Source of the DNA: a virus
Taxonomy: Duplodnaviria > Caudoviricetes
IMG/VR virus record: IMGVR_UViG_2775506835_000007
Location: 1 to 64,000 of that record
DNA: 64,000 nt
Direction: 5' to 3' (one strand)
In this document: one piece after another, positions 37,582 through 45,874 of the stretch
Position numbering within the stretch: the first letter of the stretch is position 1
Layout of the letters: each line of letters starts with the position of its first letter
Position numbers and translations under genes: made by a program
The notes under the pieces: generated by a model
Told to the model about the DNA's origin: nothing
The model's input: only the letters and a program-made list of their open reading frames with translations
The model's database searches: none

Positions 37582-37851
37582 ATGAAAGGAAATATAATCA
37601 GTCTCAGCACAGATCGCATTCCGTCCTCATACCGCTTTGTCAAAGTAATTGGAGAAGATGGCGCGTTTTACGATTTATCCCCTCTTCGCGAGGTAAAAAA
37701 GCACATTGCGAGGTTGACGAATAAAGGATATTCGGCCTCCGTAGTTAAACGGAACAGCGTCCCGCCGTGTATCTTCCGCGACTTTAGCTGTAGCTTAGGC
37801 ACGTATTCAGAGTGCCGATTAAACAATGGCACCAATTTTTATTTTAATTAA
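37582..37851 (+). CDS. Hypothetical protein (89 aa)
   Basis: GGAGG RBS; first gene after the operator-controlled promoter. Confidence 0.65.
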   Translation: MKGNIISLSTDRIPSSYRFVKVIGEDGAFYDLSPLREVKKHIARLTNKGYSASVVKRNSVPPCIFRDFSCSLGTYSECRLNNGTNFYFN

Positions 37852-37866
37852 CAGGAGGGAACCAAA

Positions 37867-38193
37867 ATGAAAGAAATCAAAACAGTCACCATCTACCGCT
37901 GTACATCTGAGTCACGGTGTCAGTTCGGAAGGCAGGATGCTTTTACCCTGGATGAGCCGCAGAATATCAGCCGCATCTGGTACGACCCGGAAGAATATAT
38001 CCTCCCCGATGGCTTTGAGGTCGCGGAGTGTGTTGACGGCAGTAGTGCCATCTACAACACCGCCGGAGAGCACTGCATTTTAACCGCTGGCTACAACAAC
38101 CAGCCGGTTTTGATCGACACAACTGGCATCCACGCAATTAAAAATGCCGCTGCCCTGCGGGAACAGGACAACGGCGAAGCGGCCGGCAAGTAA
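37867..38193 (+). CDS. Hypothetical acidic protein (108 aa)
   Basis: AGGAGG RBS; followed by a GC hairpin at ~38203-38233. Confidence 0.7.
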   Translation: MKEIKTVTIYRCTSESRCQFGRQDAFTLDEPQNISRIWYDPEEYILPDGFEVAECVDGSSAIYNTAGEHCILTAGYNNQPVLIDTTGIHAIKNAAALREQDNGEAAGK

Positions 38194-38250
38194 ACACACA
38201 AAACCGGGCCGTGTTTATTATAGCACGGCCCGGCCTATGGAGGCAAGAAT

Positions 38251-39087
38251 ATGCGCAAAAAAGCAGCTATCTACATAAGGGTATCGACGCTTGATCAAGC
38301 GCGGGAGGGGTATTCTCTGTCGGCACAAGAAAGGGCTCTGCGAAAATGGTGCGAGGATCACGGGTATGGTGTCTATTTTGTTTATGCCGATGAAGGAATT
38401 AGCGGAAAGGATATAGAGCATCGTCCTGGTATGAAGCGGCTCTTAAAAGACATTGAAAATAAATGTTTTAATCTTGTCGTAGTTTGGTCTTTGAGCCGGT
38501 TTACCCGTTCCGTAGCTGATCTCTATGATACACTGGGCGTGCTGCAAAAATGTAGTATAACTTTCGTCAGCTTGACCGAGTCGTTTGATACGGGCACCGC
38601 AATGGGCCGAGCGATGGTGGGGGTCTGCGGTGTGTTCGCCCAACTAGAACGGGAATTGACAGCAGAGCGCGTAAGCGCCGCAATGGGAGAACGCGCCGCA
38701 CAGGGTAAACGAACATGCCACGATGTTTTAGGCTACGATCTTGACGGAAAAGACAGCCTCAGAATTAATGAACGCGAGGCCGAACGAGTGCGGTACGTAT
38801 TCAAAAAATATCTTGAATACAAAAACCTATCCGCCGTGGCCGAACTTTGCAGGCTCAAAGGGTATACGGGCAAACGCGGTAAAGTTCAAACCGCTGAGAG
38901 TGTTCGCAAAATATTGACCCGTCCGATATATGCGGGGTATAACAGTTACCGTGGAAAAATATACAAAGGAAATCACCCCGCGATTATTAGCGTTGAATCG
39001 TATAATAAAGTACAACACATACTAGGGAAATCAGTCGCCGGAAGGCGCTTACAACGTCCGTATGAAAAACTAAACACCAAAATATAA
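38251..39087 (+). CDS. Serine recombinase (catalytic + recombinase domain, no zinc ribbon)
   Basis: YIRVSTLDQ...GYSL, DEGISGK, SLSRFTRS, FAQLERE, HPAIIS; 278 aa. Confidence 0.9.
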   Translation: MRKKAAIYIRVSTLDQAREGYSLSAQERALRKWCEDHGYGVYFVYADEGISGKDIEHRPGMKRLLKDIENKCFNLVVVWSLSRFTRSVADLYDTLGVLQKCSITFVSLTESFDTGTAMGRAMVGVCGVFAQLERELTAERVSAAMGERAAQGKRTCHDVLGYDLDGKDSLRINEREAERVRYVFKKYLEYKNLSAVAELCRLKGYTGKRGKVQTAESVRKILTRPIYAGYNSYRGKIYKGNHPAIISVESYNKVQHILGKSVAGRRLQRPYEKLNTKI

Positions 39088-39092
39088 AAAAC

Positions 39093-39143
39093 AAAAGCCC
39101 CCTAACCTGCATTTTGGAAAAAACAGGTTGGGGGGCTCTTTTT
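39093..39143. terminator. Bidirectional terminator between convergent units
   Basis: AGCCCCCTAACCTG...CAGGTTGGGGGGCT flanked by A/T tracts. Confidence 0.75.
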
Positions 39144-39187
39144 GTCTCCGGGATAGATGGAGACAGTTATATTATACTCCCGTCGAG

Positions 39188-39376
39188 TCACAGATCGCTA
39201 CAGGTAATTTGTGGCATTTGCTTATGTACACTGTGTTTCACGCGGTCGCACACTTCCGCACGTTTTGCGTCATTGAACCGCTCGACCGTACCTACCAAGT
39301 ATCCGGTAATCCTGCGTATTCGGTCAAACGGCACACCTTTTCCGACCATCCCGTGATCGTCTACGCGTGGGTTCAT
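39188..39376 (-). CDS. Stand-alone glycyl-radical domain of class III ribonucleotide reductase (NrdD C-terminus)
   Basis: FDRIRRITGYLVGTVERFNDAKRAEVCDRVKH; GAGG RBS, ATGA overlap with upstream gene. Confidence 0.8.
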   Translation of the reverse strand: MNPRVDDHGMVGKGVPFDRIRRITGYLVGTVERFNDAKRAEVCDRVKHSVHKQMPQITCSDL

Positions 39377-39606
39377 GGCGCTACCTCTTGTCCGGTCGTA
39401 ACGATGTTGTAGGCTGTGCGATAAGCTGTTAGCTCATTGCTTTCATTTTCAATCGGAATATCGGTCTCCTTGTACATTCGTCCGCTGCTCAGAGGATCGA
39501 TAGCCTCCGAATACCGTGCGCCGTCGCGCTCAATATAGCAGCTGATGGTTGAGTACGTGCGATCGTACTGCTTTCCATCAATGGCGATAGTCTCTGTCTT
39601 GATCAT
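39373..39606 (-). CDS. Small fibre-associated/chaperone-like protein
   Basis: YSEAIDP...YKETDIPI; overlaps LRR gene stop. Confidence 0.6.
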   Translation of the reverse strand: MIKTETIAIDGKQYDRTYSTISCYIERDGARYSEAIDPLSSGRMYKETDIPIENESNELTAYRTAYNIVTTGQEVAP

Positions 39607-40265
39607 GTTGTACCTCCACAGATCTCTGGATAATCTTCAATGGCGCGGAATTTAGAACTAAACGTGCCCCAATTTGTAGCTGATTTATACCTATCCAATA
39701 AGTCGCTAGGAACATAAATGTATCCACCACTTGACCGTATAGGAGTATTTGTAAATGCGTTAGAATTAACAAGTTTGCATAAGCTTTTTGATCTAAAAAT
39801 AAAAATATTGCAAACCTTACACCCGTAAAATGCATACTCGCTTATTTCCTGTGCTTCATGAAAATCTATTTCTGCAAGGGCAACACACTGACGAAATGCA
39901 GATTTTCCAACGTTCAGCGCTACAGAAAAACGAGCCGTAGCAAGTTTTTCACAACCATAAAAAGCACTTTCGCCAACGTTTTCCGCTATGCTGTTAATAT
40001 TTTCAACACTCCTATTAATTATCGCATCTGCAATTCCACTATCTCCGCCGCTGGCCTGCATGGTTCCCGTCACCAGTCCCGCAGTAGTGATCGCCTTTTT
40101 ACCGGCTGCAATGTCAGCGGCGGTTGCGTCAGCTTGACTTTTCGCCGTCTGCCAGCCGGATATGGCCGTGTCGATCTCCGCGCCGGTGTACGCAAGTGGA
40201 TAAGCGTCCCCGTCGACGCCCCCAACGCCGCCTGGCCCAGCGGCACGTGTTGTGTTGTTACTCAT
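39603..40265 (-). CDS. Fibre protein with BspA-type leucine-rich repeats
   Basis: VGESAFYGCEKL, VGKSAFRQCVAL, ISEYAFYGC, IYVP...YKSATNW; GGAGG RBS before ATG 40265. Confidence 0.82.
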   Translation of the reverse strand: MSNNTTRAAGPGGVGGVDGDAYPLAYTGAEIDTAISGWQTAKSQADATAADIAAGKKAITTAGLVTGTMQASGGDSGIADAIINRSVENINSIAENVGESAFYGCEKLATARFSVALNVGKSAFRQCVALAEIDFHEAQEISEYAFYGCKVCNIFIFRSKSLCKLVNSNAFTNTPIRSSGGYIYVPSDLLDRYKSATNWGTFSSKFRAIEDYPEICGGTT

Positions 40266-40507
40266 TCCAGTTGCCTCCCTAAGTCCAGCAGCCATCCCAG
40301 CGCCGCATCAATCTCCGTATCTGTGTAATTCAGCAGATAATCCTTTTTGTCGGCGGTGTGCAGCTCCATGCCGTCGCTGTCCGCGAGGATGTACCCCATG
40401 TACTCCATCAGCACGCCGTATTCTTCCGCGCCGATGGTAATTTGATACTGTGTCCCGGCATTTACTATCTGCGGTTCGATTTTTGCGGATATGATTTTAA
40501 CGGACAT
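40262..40507 (-). CDS. Accessory structural protein
   Basis: IISAKIEPQIVNAG matches the Ig protein C-terminus (ISAVTITPNPVDAG); YTDTEID motif. Confidence 0.6.
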   Translation of the reverse strand: MSVKIISAKIEPQIVNAGTQYQITIGAEEYGVLMEYMGYILADSDGMELHTADKKDYLLNYTDTEIDAALGWLLDLGRQLE

Positions 40508-40778
40508 CCAGCATCACCCGTACCTTCCGCGTTTCTGGCGGTATCTCGTAAGTAATTTCCAGCGTGTATGCGCCCACCTGCTGCGGCTCTACAAGCACGC
40601 CGATGCGCCCGCCGTCCACTTCACACGTTCCGGTTTGCTCGATTGTGCCCTCGATGTTCCGCTTCAGATTCCAAACCGCGCGAGGAACAACTACCGGGCC
40701 GGCCGGCCGGCTGCGCACCTCCAGGTCCACATATTTGTCCTCTCCGAGTATCCAGTCCATCTTATACGTTGGCGACAC
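40497..40778 (-). CDS. Small beta-sandwich accessory protein
   Basis: ILGEDK, G.YTLEITYEI; overlapping operon. Confidence 0.6.
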   Translation of the reverse strand: MSPTYKMDWILGEDKYVDLEVRSRPAGPVVVPRAVWNLKRNIEGTIEQTGTCEVDGGRIGVLVEPQQVGAYTLEITYEIPPETRKVRVMLDVR

Positions 40779-41088
40779 ACGCGCACCCCCTTTTCAAGAC
40801 CGCGACGTACCGGTCGTCTATCAAGGCGATTCCTGTGCGATCCGGCAGTAGCACCACTTGATATGGATCGTTCGCCAGATGGATGCAGACCAGACGGCTG
40901 TCCACCATATAGAGCATCCCCGTCCAGTAGGTTTGTTCACCAATAGCGTTTTCGGCCCATATCTCACATGCATATTGACCATCTTCAAGGTCTGCGGGGA
41001 CTGACGCCTGCCATTCCCCGCTTTTTCCCAAATCAAACGTGAGGTCGAACGCATCTGCCCGCCCCCACATCCTCACCGCTGCGCTCAT
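40762..41088 (-). CDS. Ig-like accessory protein
   Basis: WQASVPADLEDGQYACEIWAEN..G. Confidence 0.7.
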   Translation of the reverse strand: MSAAVRMWGRADAFDLTFDLGKSGEWQASVPADLEDGQYACEIWAENAIGEQTYWTGMLYMVDSRLVCIHLANDPYQVVLLPDRTGIALIDDRYVAVLKRGCACVANV

Positions 41089-42002
41089 TTCACCGTCACG
41101 CTTATTATAAATGTTTTGCCCGCGTCGACCGGGTTCGGCGTGATTGTCACTGCGGAAATCACTGGTGCCGTGGTGTTGAGCGTTACCGTGCGTGTGATGG
41201 TCGTTGTTTTTTCTGCCCGGTCGGTCGCCGTCACCACGATGGTGTTAACGCCTTCGCGCAGCGTTACTGCTTTGGTCCATGCGCCGGAGCTGTTGACCGT
41301 TACCGCGCCCTGGTCCGTGCCGTTGAGTGTAACGCGGATCGTCACCGGCCCGCTGGTCGCATCGTTGGTCGTACCAGATACCGTCAGGGCCGTGCGGTTG
41401 GTTGCATAGTTGTCCTGCGGGCTGGTCACATCCAGTGTGGGGGGCGTAGTATCGATGGTGATGCTACGCGTGGCCGCTGTTGCCGCGTTCCCATCGTGAT
41501 CGGACACATTGATCGTGATGGTATGCGCACCGTCTGCAAGGGTCGTCTGTGGCGTGTAGATAATGTCGTATCCACCCGTTACCTGCGTGACGGTCATGCC
41601 GGTTGCTGTGCTTCCTGCCGTGGCACCGCTGTCGATCTTGAGCGCCAGCGTGCTGATGTCGATTCCGCTGTCGTCATCTCGGAGCTGCGCGGTGATCGTC
41701 GGCGTGCTGTCGGTGAGCAGCGCACCTGCGCCGGGAGACGTGATGCTGATTGTGGGCTTGACTTTCTCGCGGACAACCAGACGCAGGGCTTCACCGACTG
41801 CGCCGCTTGTGGAAGCGCTGGCCGTGCCGGTATTGCCCGCGTTATCTGTAGCTGTGACTGCGACACCGTAATAGTGCCCACTTTGGTTGTAAGACGATTT
41901 TCCCGGCGCGGTAAGCGTCGCCTCCCACTTTCCGCTGCTACTGTTATACGTAAGATTGTGTTCCTGGCCGTTTATGACCGCCTTCACGGTTTGGATTGCC
42001 AT
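41085..42002 (-). CDS. Multi-Ig-domain structural protein
   Basis: Thr-rich; DTTPPTL, LADGAHTI, LREGVNTIVVTATD. Confidence 0.85.
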   Translation of the reverse strand: MAIQTVKAVINGQEHNLTYNSSSGKWEATLTAPGKSSYNQSGHYYGVAVTATDNAGNTGTASASTSGAVGEALRLVVREKVKPTISITSPGAGALLTDSTPTITAQLRDDDSGIDISTLALKIDSGATAGSTATGMTVTQVTGGYDIIYTPQTTLADGAHTITINVSDHDGNAATAATRSITIDTTPPTLDVTSPQDNYATNRTALTVSGTTNDATSGPVTIRVTLNGTDQGAVTVNSSGAWTKAVTLREGVNTIVVTATDRAEKTTTITRTVTLNTTAPVISAVTITPNPVDAGKTFIISVTVK

Positions 42003-42025
42003 TCTTTATGCCTCCAATGTAAATT

Positions 42026-44041
42026 TTAGTAGGAGCTTAAAAGTTCACATGTAATTTTTTCGCCCAACAATGTTCTCCCGGTTTCATTTGGATGCGTGCC
42101 GTCGTTTGGCGGGAAATAATGCGTTCGGTTAAATCGGTTGATTCCTAATGTTCGATACATGTCCACGGCGGGAATTTTGTACCCTCTCGCCAATTGGATC
42201 AATGCATCTCCAAATTCATAAAAATGTCTACCGTCGGAAAAAGTTTTTTCGTCGCTATCAATATATTCATTGTCCCAGTAGCGGAAGATTGGCGTGAGTA
42301 GCAGAATCTTGAGATTGGGATACGCGCCCCAGAGCTTTTCCAGCGCGTACCGTGCTGCGCCAAGATAGGTCGTTGTGTCCTTGGGATTGTTGGCATTATC
42401 CAACGGCACCCCGCCTTGGATGTCATTTGTGCCATAAAAAATGGTCACATGGTCGACATCCCTCCAATTGATATCCTTGAGATTAGACACCCGCTCCGCC
42501 GCATAGCTGCCGGTGTGGCCTATCGCGGCCTCCTGTAACGAGTAATCACCAGATGCTACTGCATCTGCCAGCCGGTACATGCAAAATGCATCATAGTATT
42601 GATCCGGATGCCGCGACATGCGGCACCCCTCCATTCCAACGTTGTATACTTGCATTCCTGTCAATTTGGCTATGATCGACGGATAATCCGTGGGTGGCCG
42701 GAACATGCCTGTAATGCTGTCCCCAAAACAGACCAACGTTCTGCCGTCCATTCGAGACAAAGGAGGATTCGGCAATATCACATTTCCGCCACTGTCCGGA
42801 GATATTCCGTTTATGGTAAAAACATTTGATTCGGCCCGCGAATACCAAATTGTACAAATTGGATCCGACTCAAAATGAATCGGTGTAGGTACATTTATCA
42901 AAACAACTTCGCTTTCAAACGCGCCTTTCCGATCATATACCGGCGTGTGGGCCGTGCCCGCCCCATCCCGGTTTATGTATATGTCGCGGAACCTGAATTG
43001 GTATCCGGCGACCAACTCTGCCACTACGTTACCGGGATAGTATTCCATCATCACGTCAGCGGATGAGGCTGTGAACTCATAGCCATGTAATCCCGCTGAC
43101 GATATACGCATTGGGGGCATGATCTGGTCGCCCTTGCTTCCGTTGGTTGACTCGTTAAGCATAAATTGGCCATACAACATGGTAGCTGTATTTGAGCCAG
43201 GCTTTAAGTCGGTCGTATCAACGTAAATTTTGTACCGTTTTCCGATCTCTAAATCTTTATAAATCATCCGTACAAACACATTAAACCACTGGGTTGCCGT
43301 GCTGGATAATGTATACTCGTAGTATCCTTTAGAGACATCTTCCGTAATCCCACCGGAGTAGGTGCGAGACTGTGTATCCATGTCCTTGACCGTGTCGCTA
43401 TAAGCGCGATACGTGCAGCTCGCCGCATCGGACTTGAGCTTCACCTCGCCAAACTGGGAGACGCTAAACGTACACGGAGTGGTGCCAAACTCGCGCCATG
43501 TGCCGCTTGTCTTTACGTCCTCTAAGATTTTTTCACACTGTTCCACAGCGTCTGCCGCGGCTTGCTCTGATTCCTCGGCCCGGCCTGCGGCGGCCTTTGC
43601 GTCATTTCGCGCGGTCAAAATACTGTTTTCATATTCAATAAATTCCGACGGTAGCGGGGACGGGACTACATCCGGCGCATTGATGCTTTGATCTACATAC
43701 AACACAAGTTGCGCAGATTTTTTTACGCGTCCGTCTGTATGTGTGGCTCTCAACTGGGCCGCGATTTTCCCAGCCCTCATTGTATATTCCTTTTTAATCG
43801 GTATGGATAAAATCGTATTTCCGGCTTCTTCCGATTTCTCTACGGCCCAAATATTCTTTTCTCCATTTTGAGATACGTCCAGTACAATATTCCAATTCAT
43901 GTATTCCGTTCCGGATTTTTGAATTTTTAAAGTAAACACTTTATTTTCTTCTGCATATCCAATTTCTAAGTCGGTTCTATCCGCAGTAAAACTCCAATTT
44001 TTGTTTAAAGTAATCATTTGGCCCCCTATAATCAAATACAC
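42026..44041 (-). CDS. BppU-like N-domain + coiled coil + beta-sandwich + SGNH hydrolase
   Basis: GDSIT, GTND, DGTHPN; C-terminal part closely matches 2160..3815. Confidence 0.85.
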   Translation of the reverse strand: MYLIIGGQMITLNKNWSFTADRTDLEIGYAEENKVFTLKIQKSGTEYMNWNIVLDVSQNGEKNIWAVEKSEEAGNTILSIPIKKEYTMRAGKIAAQLRATHTDGRVKKSAQLVLYVDQSINAPDVVPSPLPSEFIEYENSILTARNDAKAAAGRAEESEQAAADAVEQCEKILEDVKTSGTWREFGTTPCTFSVSQFGEVKLKSDAASCTYRAYSDTVKDMDTQSRTYSGGITEDVSKGYYEYTLSSTATQWFNVFVRMIYKDLEIGKRYKIYVDTTDLKPGSNTATMLYGQFMLNESTNGSKGDQIMPPMRISSAGLHGYEFTASSADVMMEYYPGNVVAELVAGYQFRFRDIYINRDGAGTAHTPVYDRKGAFESEVVLINVPTPIHFESDPICTIWYSRAESNVFTINGISPDSGGNVILPNPPLSRMDGRTLVCFGDSITGMFRPPTDYPSIIAKLTGMQVYNVGMEGCRMSRHPDQYYDAFCMYRLADAVASGDYSLQEAAIGHTGSYAAERVSNLKDINWRDVDHVTIFYGTNDIQGGVPLDNANNPKDTTTYLGAARYALEKLWGAYPNLKILLLTPIFRYWDNEYIDSDEKTFSDGRHFYEFGDALIQLARGYKIPAVDMYRTLGINRFNRTHYFPPNDGTHPNETGRTLLGEKITCELLSSY

Positions 44042-44073
44042 CCCGCCCCGTCAAAGAGGCGGGGTTATGTATT

Positions 44074-44373
44074 TTAGGCTGCGTATTTGCCGCCACCTGC
44101 CCCTTTCAGACGGCCCAAAATATCGGAAGCATAGTTCGCGCCGCGCGACGCAAAAACGCCCGTCAGGACGCACCCAACGTAAGGCACGGTAAAGGATGCA
44201 CCAATAGCTGCGTAAATGTCTGCGCCGGACAGGATGCACAGGGCGACAGCTACCGCCAGTGCGCCGATCTGGATAACGGCGGCTTTCCGCTCGCCGTCGA
44301 TGATGGTCTTGATGTATTCGACGATTCCTTCTACTGTGACTGCCAAGGTCAGAAATAATGCGATTGCTTCCAT
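44074..44373 (-). CDS. Holin
   Basis: VEGIVEYIK, hydrophobic helices, LTGVFASRGANY. Confidence 0.8.
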   Translation of the reverse strand: MEAIALFLTLAVTVEGIVEYIKTIIDGERKAAVIQIGALAVAVALCILSGADIYAAIGASFTVPYVGCVLTGVFASRGANYASDILGRLKGAGGGKYAA

Positions 44374-44389
44374 GTTTTATCTCTCCTTA

Positions 44390-44677
44390 TCATTTAAAAA
44401 TCAGGGCCAGTACGGCCCCCACAATGCCCGTTGCCACCGCGCCGATTGCCGCCGCAATCAGCTTGTCCCACCATGCAGCGGGGCGTTTGGTTAGTTCGGT
44501 GACGTTCTTTTTGATTTCCCTGATGTCCTCCTGCACCCCGGTAATCTCCTGCCGGGTGGCCGCCATAGCCGCCGCAAGGTCATGTATGTCCTTAACCTCA
44601 ACTTCCAGCCGATCAAGCCGGTGATGTGCAGACTTGGCGCTTTCAAGAGCCTGCACCGCCATGCTTTCTGGTTCCAT
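44390..44677 (-). CDS. XhlA-like lysis-associated membrane protein
   Basis: KSAHHRLDRLE, coiled coil, C-terminal TM. Confidence 0.75.
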   Translation of the reverse strand: MEPESMAVQALESAKSAHHRLDRLEVEVKDIHDLAAAMAATRQEITGVQEDIREIKKNVTELTKRPAAWWDKLIAAAIGAVATGIVGAVLALIFK

Positions 44678-44692
44678 TGGTGTTGTCCTCCT

Positions 44693-45406
44693 TTATGTAA
44701 TAGTCACAGCAAACAGCCGCTCGCCGTTCGCGTACACGCCGCAGCCCGCGCCGGGCGGGCCGATCGCCTTGATCTGGAAATACCAGTCCCATCCCTGCTG
44801 CTTCCCAAACCTCGTTTTCAGCACCGCACCGTTTCCGGCGGTGAAAGCCGGCTTTTTGTAGCTGGTCAGCTTTACCGTATAGACCTGCCCCTCTGGTAGG
44901 TGCATGTCCATCGTCGTGTCGGACTTGATTGCATACAGTGCCTGCTTCACCATGTCCAGGAACCGCGGCCAGCCAAGTGCCAGCGTGCGGTGCGGGCAGT
45001 TTTTGCCAGAATAGTCCTGATGCTTTGTCACCTGCTCCAATCCCCAACCGTACCGCGCCAGAATCGACGCGGTCAGCTCGGCGGCATTTTTTTCAGCCTG
45101 TTCAAACCGCGGCCCTCCACTTCTGGAATAGCAGATCTCAATCGCGACGCCCTGCCGGTTTCCTCGTCCATTCCCGTCGCCCGCGTGCCAGGCGTTCCGG
45201 GTCTCCAGAATCGCCTGGATGGCCTCAATATCGTCGACGGCATAATGAAAAGAGACTTGAGCATCGTTGTTGGTCATATATGCGACTTCATTTTCCGCGC
45301 TTGCATCGTTGGCGGTATTGTGGATAACTACACGGGTTGGTGACATGGAGTAGGGGCATTTGATGCTGTATTTGCTGTCTGGAACCAGATTTTGTGTAAG
45401 GGTCAT
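44693..45406 (-). CDS. Amidase_2 endolysin (XlyA/CwlA-like)
   Basis: IHNTAND, SFHYAVD, NAWHAGDG, IEIC, HQDYSGKNCP. Confidence 0.93.
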   Translation of the reverse strand: MTLTQNLVPDSKYSIKCPYSMSPTRVVIHNTANDASAENEVAYMTNNDAQVSFHYAVDDIEAIQAILETRNAWHAGDGNGRGNRQGVAIEICYSRSGGPRFEQAEKNAAELTASILARYGWGLEQVTKHQDYSGKNCPHRTLALGWPRFLDMVKQALYAIKSDTTMDMHLPEGQVYTVKLTSYKKPAFTAGNGAVLKTRFGKQQGWDWYFQIKAIGPPGAGCGVYANGERLFAVTIT

Positions 45407-45855
45407 TCGGCTACCTCCGCAAAATACTGACCAATCAGCTCATGCGGTAGGTATTGCAGATTGATCTTTCCTCCTTTTGACTCCCCGGTTCGTTGGCAAA
45501 TGTACAGATTGCCGTCCTCTGGGTCAGAGTAATACAGTCCGTATGTGTATTCCATGCCCCGCGCTGCTGGAATCGGGTCGTCTTGTGTGCCCCTGTGAGA
45601 TACGTCAATAATTTCCCATGAGTCCGCCATAACATCTGGCGTCCAATTGGCTTGCGTGGTATGGCCTTTGCCGTCGCGGACTTTGTAGAGTTTGTCTGTC
45701 GGCGGAAAATACCGACGATCTCCCGAACAGACTCGTTCGTTTGCCTTCCACGGCTTAAACATCGTTCTTCTTTCGGCTGCTTCGCTGTCAGTTAGCTTGT
45801 TTGCGGCATATTCTACATTCCGCCTAAAACTGATGGCGTGAGATAATATATCCAT
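45403..45855 (-). CDS. Tail-associated protein with carbohydrate-binding-like repeats
   Basis: LYKV...HTTQANWTPD...W, GTQDDPIP, YLPHELIGQYF; ATG 45855. Confidence 0.7.
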   Translation of the reverse strand: MDILSHAISFRRNVEYAANKLTDSEAAERRTMFKPWKANERVCSGDRRYFPPTDKLYKVRDGKGHTTQANWTPDVMADSWEIIDVSHRGTQDDPIPAARGMEYTYGLYYSDPEDGNLYICQRTGESKGGKINLQYLPHELIGQYFAEVAE

Positions 45856-45874
45856 TTTTTCTTTACCTCGTTTT

